Below, piece after piece: positions 27,531-32,000 of a stretch of DNA of 32,000 nucleotides. The DNA is taken from NCBI RefSeq assembly GCF_000018105.1, contig NC_009925.1, positions 2,100,001 through 2,132,000 on the forward strand, written 5' to 3'. The notes under the pieces were generated by a model. That model was not told the origin of the DNA. It searched no databases and saw only the letters and a program-made list of their open reading frames with translations. Made by a program: the position numbers and the translations under genes. This stretch comes from Acaryochloris marina MBIC11017. Lineage in GTDB: Bacteria; Cyanobacteriota; Cyanobacteriia; Thermosynechococcales; Thermosynechococcaceae. Each line of letters starts with the position of its first letter. Within the stretch, counting starts at the first letter, position 1.

Positions 27531-28846
27531 CTTTGGAGATGACAACGCGCTTCAACTCTAGAGTCAGCAGTAGATAGGGCAGTGTGATTTCAAAGAAAAT
27601 AGGGTGGCCAAAACGACTACCCTATCCAAAATATGTTGCCAACATGCTACCAAAAAGTTCTACGTGCTCACCTGAGCGAAAGCCAATATTTGACCTTGCA
27701 ATTGTTGATACTGCTATTGCAAAGTCATCGTCAAATTCAACTGGCTCGTCTAGCCAGCATGTTTCCTCAACCGATTCATTACAGCAGTCGCATCCGCAAC
27801 TTGCAGCGGTTCTTAGTCCTACCCCAGTTGAGTGTACGTCTGTTATGGTTTCCCATTCTTAAGCACTGGCTTTCAGAAGAATTCAAGACAGGCCATGGCA
27901 ATCGAGCCTATCGCCGAGCCCGCCTCAAACGCACCATTGATGGCTATGTGGTGATGGCCGTTGACCGCACCCAATGGAAGGGACGTAATCTGATGATGGT
28001 GACAGTGGTGTGGGGTAAACATGCCTTGCCCGTGTATTGGGCACCATTGCCCAAATCAGGCAGTAGTAGTCTCAAACAGCAACTCCGTTTGTTGAAAACG
28101 GCTCTAAAAATCTTCAAACCTTATCCAGTTGTGGTACTAGCAGACCGAGATTTCCACAGTCCTAAACTGGCTCTGTGGCTGAGCCAACGACAGGTTGAGT
28201 TTGTGCTCAGGCAAAAGAAGAGTGCTTATGTCCAGCTCCAAGGTGAAGTAGACTATCAACCCCTCAAAGAGAGAGGATTTGCCCCAGGCCAGAAAGGTTT
28301 CCTTTGCGATGTCTATTGGGGAAAGCGAGACCAGTTAGGGCCGTTTAACCTCGCGTTTTACTGGAAGCGACAGTATCGGGGCAAGGGGGGAAAAGATCCT
28401 TGGTTTATCATGACAAGTCTGCCAACCCTGGAGCAGGCTCTCTCGCTTTACGCTTGCCGATGGGGAATAGAGATGATGTTCAAAGACTGTAAGAGTGGGG
28501 GATACAATCTCGAACGAACGAAAGTCAATGATGCTCGTTTTCTAGCTTTGGTACTGGTGATGGCGATGGCCTATTGTTTGGCAACGCTTGCTGGCTATGG
28601 ATTGAAAAAATTGAAAGTCAACCACTATGTTGCTCGGCTCAATGAGCACTCTCGACGGCGGCCTCGACACAGTGATTTTGGCACGGCGTTGTATGGACAC
28701 TTATGGTGTTGTGGCATGGAGGTCTGGACTTTATTAGCCACTGAATTAATGCAACTGAAACCCCATAAACGACTCAATTATCAGAGAGGCATGAGGGCGC
28801 TATCACTGATTCAGACTACGTTGTAAAATCCTTGTCATCCCCAAAG
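27531..28846 (+). mobile_element. IS4-family insertion sequence, 1316 bp
   Basis: The terminal inverted repeats are CTTTGGAGATGACAACG (left) and CTTTGGGGATGACAAGG (right, reverse complement), matching at 15/17 positions. A single DDE transposase ORF lies inside. It is flanked by a 9-bp direct repeat, consistent with IS4-family target duplications. Confidence 0.85.
27633..28826 (+). CDS. IS4-family DDE transposase
   Basis: 397-aa ORF. 'VDRTQW' (D1), 'LADRDF' (D2) and the IS4 signature Y-(2)-R-(3)-E-(6)-K in 'YACRWGIEMMFKDCK'. Confidence 0.92.
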   Translation: MLPTCYQKVLRAHLSESQYLTLQLLILLLQSHRQIQLARLASMFPQPIHYSSRIRNLQRFLVLPQLSVRLLWFPILKHWLSEEFKTGHGNRAYRRARLKRTIDGYVVMAVDRTQWKGRNLMMVTVVWGKHALPVYWAPLPKSGSSSLKQQLRLLKTALKIFKPYPVVVLADRDFHSPKLALWLSQRQVEFVLRQKKSAYVQLQGEVDYQPLKERGFAPGQKGFLCDVYWGKRDQLGPFNLAFYWKRQYRGKGGKDPWFIMTSLPTLEQALSLYACRWGIEMMFKDCKSGGYNLERTKVNDARFLALVLVMAMAYCLATLAGYGLKKLKVNHYVARLNEHSRRRPRHSDFGTALYGHLWCCGMEVWTLLATELMQLKPHKRLNYQRGMRALSLIQTTL

Positions 28847-28855
28847 CCTTCTGAT
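28847..28855. repeat. Right copy of the 9-bp target-site duplication CCTTCTGAT
   Basis: See the left copy at 27522-27530. Confidence 0.8.
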
Positions 28856-29202
28856 ACCAGAGAATCGTGAAGGACTGATCATCGCCGCATTTTTGATTAT
28901 TGTTGCTATTATTGGCAGAGTGATTACAGGATTCACTATTTTGGGGCAACCTGAGATTAACCGTCTAGCCATTGGCGTAGGGATGATTCCCAGGGGAGAA
29001 GTTGGACTGGTCTTTGCCGGTGTTGGTTCAGCGAGTGGCACTTTATCGCGTCCACTAGAAGCAGCCATCATTAGTTATGGTGATTTCAACAACGTTTCTA
29101 GCACCACCCATGCTGCACGTTGTATTCCAGTCGTCCGATACAGGTGAACCAGCCTTGAGTGTAAAAGTTGCATCTGCAGCGGTCAGTGATATTGACATTT
29201 AA
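28847..29202 (+). pseudogene. 3' remnant of the same CPA2 antiporter gene
   Basis: Removing the IS and one duplication copy joins '...DVSVLNLLI' in frame to 'PENREGLIIAAFLIIVAIIGRVITGFTILGQPEINRLAIGVGMIPRGEVGLVFAGVGSASG...EAAII'. 'GMIPRGEVGLVFA' is a typical CPA2 C-terminal block. A 1-nt shift near 29072 is needed to continue into 'VMVISTTFLAPPMLHVVFQ...' ending at TAA 29200-29202. Track ORF 28893-29147 is part of this remnant. Confidence 0.75.
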
Positions 29203-29509
29203 AGCAATGTCACGACCGACGCGGTACTGTTCAATCAAGACCTTGAGCGACCTACTGTTCTCCTAAATACAGATAATGCTTGATCAAAACGTGCTTGAGG
29301 TCAAGGCTCTGTAACTCCTACCTGATATGGCATCTAATGCCATTATTGGGGTGCAGTCGCAAGTCATCACAGAAACTTTGATGCTCAATTGGGCGTCCCA
29401 AAGCTTGCAGACTGCCATACCCCTTTTGCGGACTAGGCGAACGTCAAGTGCTCCTACGTTGAGACAGCTTGAAAGCGTTAGGGGGTCGATTTATCCATGG
29501 AGACATTGC

Positions 29510-31438
29510 ATGCGCCACCATTTACAGACTGTCCATAGACAAAGGGGGACAACTCACTCGCTACGCTGGTTACTCCCCAGTCTCTGTGGACTCTTTCTCA
29601 GTTGTTTACCGGCGGAAGCAGCCCAACTCCAGTCTTGGCGGTTTGATCAAAATCAAAATCGCTTGGAATTCACCACGGATGAAGAAATTCGGCCTCGGGT
29701 ACAGCTCATTCCCAACCCCACTCGCTTAGTCGTCGATCTACCTGGGATTGTCTTAGGTCAGCGAACCTTAAAGCAGCGTTTGGGAAGCCAGTTTCGCTCC
29801 GTCCGCCTCGGACAAGTCAATGCCCAAACCGCACGGATTGTAGTGGAATTAGATCCGGCTTATACCCTCGATCCCCAAGAAGTCAAAGTGGAGGGGAACT
29901 CACCCACCAACTGGTCGATCAATTTACCCACTCCCCAGCGGTGGCAGTCATCAGGTGAAACGACCAACAATACTCCCACAGCATCGGCTCCAGCCCCTCT
30001 ACCCCCATCCCAGGTCGTTCAGCCAGCACCTACTCCCTCACCAAAAATCGTCTCCACCAAACCCTCATCTCCTCCCCTCCAAATTGCCCAAAGCTCATCG
30101 GGAATCAGTGATATTTTAGTGACCGTCGATGGTCTTTTCTTGCCGACGAAGAAGAGTAAGCCCAAAGTAAAAGTCAAGCGCAGCCGCAATAAAAAAGAGA
30201 TCACATTCAAGATTTCGGGCACCACTATTGCCCCCCAACTAGCTAAGACCTTCACACCTGGATATCACGGTATCAAAGCCATGACTTTAAAGTCTGTTTC
30301 TGATTCAGAAGCAGAGCTGCTATTAAAGGTAGACAAAGACAGTCCAGACTGGATGGCAAGCGTTAGTCGATTCAGTGGGATTGTACTCTTACCCAAAGGT
30401 GGTCCCTCTGCCAATCGTTCAGCTCGCCGTCCCGGTACAACGGTCAGTTTAGTTTCACCGAATCGTTCCACCGCTCCAACCGCCTCAACGAGCCAAATCA
30501 ATACGATTCGCCGTATAGACTTGGGTGGACGGCAACTCCTTGTCAAAGCCGATCAACCGATCTCATATACAACCCGCTGGTCGGGCAGAGCCTATCAAAT
30601 TACGATTAATTCTGCCAAACTTGCAGATGACTTAAGAAAACCACGACTAGGCTCTGGCAGCCCTTTGTCAGACATTTCCGTTACAGAATCAGACCGCAAT
30701 ACGGTTATCATCACGGCCAAACCCAGCACGAACGTCAGAGTCACCGGGGTTCAGAGACTATCAAATCAGTCGATTGCCCTCAACCTCCTCCGACCCGGTC
30801 AACGCCCCATTACCCGTATTCCGAGTAATCCATTTCCCTCGTCAACAAAATCTCCTCCTCCTGTAACAGGACGTCCCGTTCGAGGTCGCAAAGTCATCGT
30901 GATTGATCCTGGCCATGGCGGGCCTGACCCCGGTGCGATCGGCATTGGCGGCTTGCGGGAAACGAATGTGGTTTTGGATATTAGCTTAGAAGTTTCTCGC
31001 ATTCTTCAGCGTCAGGGCGTCGTCGTTTATCTCACCCGCACACGAGAAGTGGATGTTGATTTGCCTCCCCGAGTGAGGTTAGCGGAGAGAGTGCGGGCCA
31101 CTGCGTTTGTCAGTATCCATGCCAATGCCATTAGCATGAGCCGACCAGATGTGAATGGTCTAGAGACCTATCATGCGCCAGGGGCCCGTTTAGGAGCCCG
31201 CTTGGCTCGAACAGTGCACAACACCATCTTGCGCAGATTAAGGATGCCGGATCGCCGAGTTCGTCCGGCCCGCTTCTATGTGATTCGCAAAACCTCCATG
31301 CCAGCGATTCTGGTCGAAACGGGGTTTCTCACCGGTGCCCAAGACATTGTTAGGCTAAGAAATCCAGCCTGGCGTAAACAAATGGCCCAAGCTATTGCCC
31401 AGGGAATTCTCAACTATTTAAACGGTCGCTATAACTAG
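29510..31438 (+). CDS. amiC: N-acetylmuramoyl-L-alanine amidase with N-terminal AMIN domains
   Basis: The track ORF starts at 29327. I prefer ATG 29510, which gives a signal peptide 'MRHHLQ...LLPSLCGLFLSCLPAEAAQL'. AMIN-type module 'LQSWRFDQNQNRLEFTTDE...LVVDLPG...VRLGQ...RIVVELD'. A Pro-rich linker and two further AMIN-like modules follow. C-terminal Amidase_3 domain 'VIVIDPGHGGPDPGAIG...ETNVVLDI...FVSIHANA...'. Confidence 0.88.
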   Translation: MRHHLQTVHRQRGTTHSLRWLLPSLCGLFLSCLPAEAAQLQSWRFDQNQNRLEFTTDEEIRPRVQLIPNPTRLVVDLPGIVLGQRTLKQRLGSQFRSVRLGQVNAQTARIVVELDPAYTLDPQEVKVEGNSPTNWSINLPTPQRWQSSGETTNNTPTASAPAPLPPSQVVQPAPTPSPKIVSTKPSSPPLQIAQSSSGISDILVTVDGLFLPTKKSKPKVKVKRSRNKKEITFKISGTTIAPQLAKTFTPGYHGIKAMTLKSVSDSEAELLLKVDKDSPDWMASVSRFSGIVLLPKGGPSANRSARRPGTTVSLVSPNRSTAPTASTSQINTIRRIDLGGRQLLVKADQPISYTTRWSGRAYQITINSAKLADDLRKPRLGSGSPLSDISVTESDRNTVIITAKPSTNVRVTGVQRLSNQSIALNLLRPGQRPITRIPSNPFPSSTKSPPPVTGRPVRGRKVIVIDPGHGGPDPGAIGIGGLRETNVVLDISLEVSRILQRQGVVVYLTRTREVDVDLPPRVRLAERVRATAFVSIHANAISMSRPDVNGLETYHAPGARLGARLARTVHNTILRRLRMPDRRVRPARFYVIRKTSMPAILVETGFLTGAQDIVRLRNPAWRKQMAQAIAQGILNYLNGRYN

Positions 31439-32000
31439 GCAGTCAGTAAAGTTTTTGTGGTGGCAATATTCTGTCGGACCGCCTGGGCGGAAGTCTGCAA
31501 TGCCTGATAGTCCTCAGCAGATAAGTCTAGTTCCAATACCCTCGTTACACCTTGGCGACTTAAACAGGTGGGAACGCCCAAGAAAATATCGGAGAGACCA
31601 TATTGCCCATCCAGGTAAGCGGCAGCCGGTAAGATACGGGACCGATTAAATAGGATAGATTCCACCATCAAGGATGCAGAAGAAGCCGGAGCAAAATAGG
31701 CGCTACCGGCCTGCATGAGGCCAACAATTTCGGCTCCGCCATTGCGAGTGCGATCCACTAATTGCTGAATAGTTTCCTCATCCATCAATTCGGTGATCGG
31801 GATACCGCTAACGGTGGAATAGCGGGGCAGGGGCACCATCAGATCACCATGCCCTCCTAGCACCATGGCATGAACATTGGCAATCGAGACTTTGAGTTCT
31901 AGGGCAATAAAGGTTTCAAACCGGGCTGCATCTAAAACACCTGCCATGCCGATGACGCGTTCTGGTGACAATCCACTGGCCTGCCAAGCCAGATAGGTCA
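31435..32000 (-). CDS. mdh: Malate dehydrogenase (LDH-like family), C-terminal part; the 5' end runs off the right edge
   Basis: The reading frame stays open upstream of the track's internal Met to position 32000. 'GMAGVLDAARFETFIA.EL.VS...V.A.VLGGHGD.MVPL.RYSTV.GIP' is typical of LDH-like bacterial MDH. Confidence 0.88.
   Translation of the reverse strand, partial: TYLAWQASGLSPERVIGMAGVLDAARFETFIALELKVSIANVHAMVLGGHGDLMVPLPRYSTVSGIPITELMDEETIQQLVDRTRNGGAEIVGLMQAGSAYFAPASSASLMVESILFNRSRILPAAAYLDGQYGLSDIFLGVPTCLSRQGVTRVLELDLSAEDYQALQTSAQAVRQNIATTKTLLTA

Noticed and set aside
27584-27862. 92-aa ORF overlapping the 5' end of the transposase gene in another frame
   Set aside because: I considered a two-ORF, frameshift-expressed transposase. 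The 397-aa ORF already contains the full DDE and Y-R-E-K signature in a single frame.
28893-29147. 84-aa ORF after the IS
   Set aside because: It is not an independent gene. It is the in-frame C-terminal portion of the disrupted CPA2 antiporter (GMIPRGEVGLVFA block) and ends prematurely because of a frameshift.
29327-29509. 61-codon N-terminal extension of the amidase ORF
   Set aside because: The extension has no signal-peptide character. The Met at 29510 is followed directly by a basic n-region, a hydrophobic core and an AEA-type cleavage site.
1-32000. Search for CRISPR arrays, rRNA/tRNA genes, prophage, or defence or toxin-antitoxin modules
   Set aside because: I found no regularly spaced direct repeats, no rRNA- or tRNA-like sequences, and no ORFs with nuclease, reverse-transcriptase, methyltransferase, toxin or phage structural motifs. 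All ORFs over 150 aa are accounted for by the features listed.

Overview
This is a cyanobacterial chromosomal segment. Evidence: at least 16 perfect HIP1 octamers (GCGATCGC), plus psbX, ycf66, ycf19/yggT and an ndhF/ndhD-type pair. Content is mostly housekeeping. Minus strand 1-4660: a SulP anion transporter (partial), plant-type glycerate 3-kinase and glycogen phosphorylase. Then msrB, a small lipoprotein, an alpha/beta hydrolase, ilvN, ycf66, psbX (too short for the ORF track), ycf19, accC, a 648-aa membrane-anchored repeat protein, rpmI-rplT and clpB. Next come an overlapping NuoL/NuoM-type pair, a stand-alone 703-aa FAD-dependent oxidoreductase, ftsH, a carbon-nitrogen hydrolase, an AMIN-domain cell-wall amidase and mdh (partial). 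The only clearly accessory DNA is a 1316-bp IS4-family element (27531-28846). It has imperfect terminal inverted repeats and an intact 9-bp target duplication, and it sits inside a CPA2 cation/proton antiporter gene that also carries frameshifts, an in-frame stop and an internal deletion. I found no convincing multi-gene novel system: no CRISPR array and no defence, toxin-antitoxin, reverse-transcriptase or nuclease-like ORFs. The best leads for undescribed biology are the 648-aa repeat protein, the NuoL/NuoM pair (74-nt overlap, no cup gene, Yfr1-like ACUCCUC motifs in its 3' region), the long FAD protein behind a 670-bp AT-rich spacer, and Ycf66 with a long R/D/Y/S-rich tail. Several short structured or repeated intergenic elements are also listed. 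All functional calls rest on motif recognition by eye, with no database searches.
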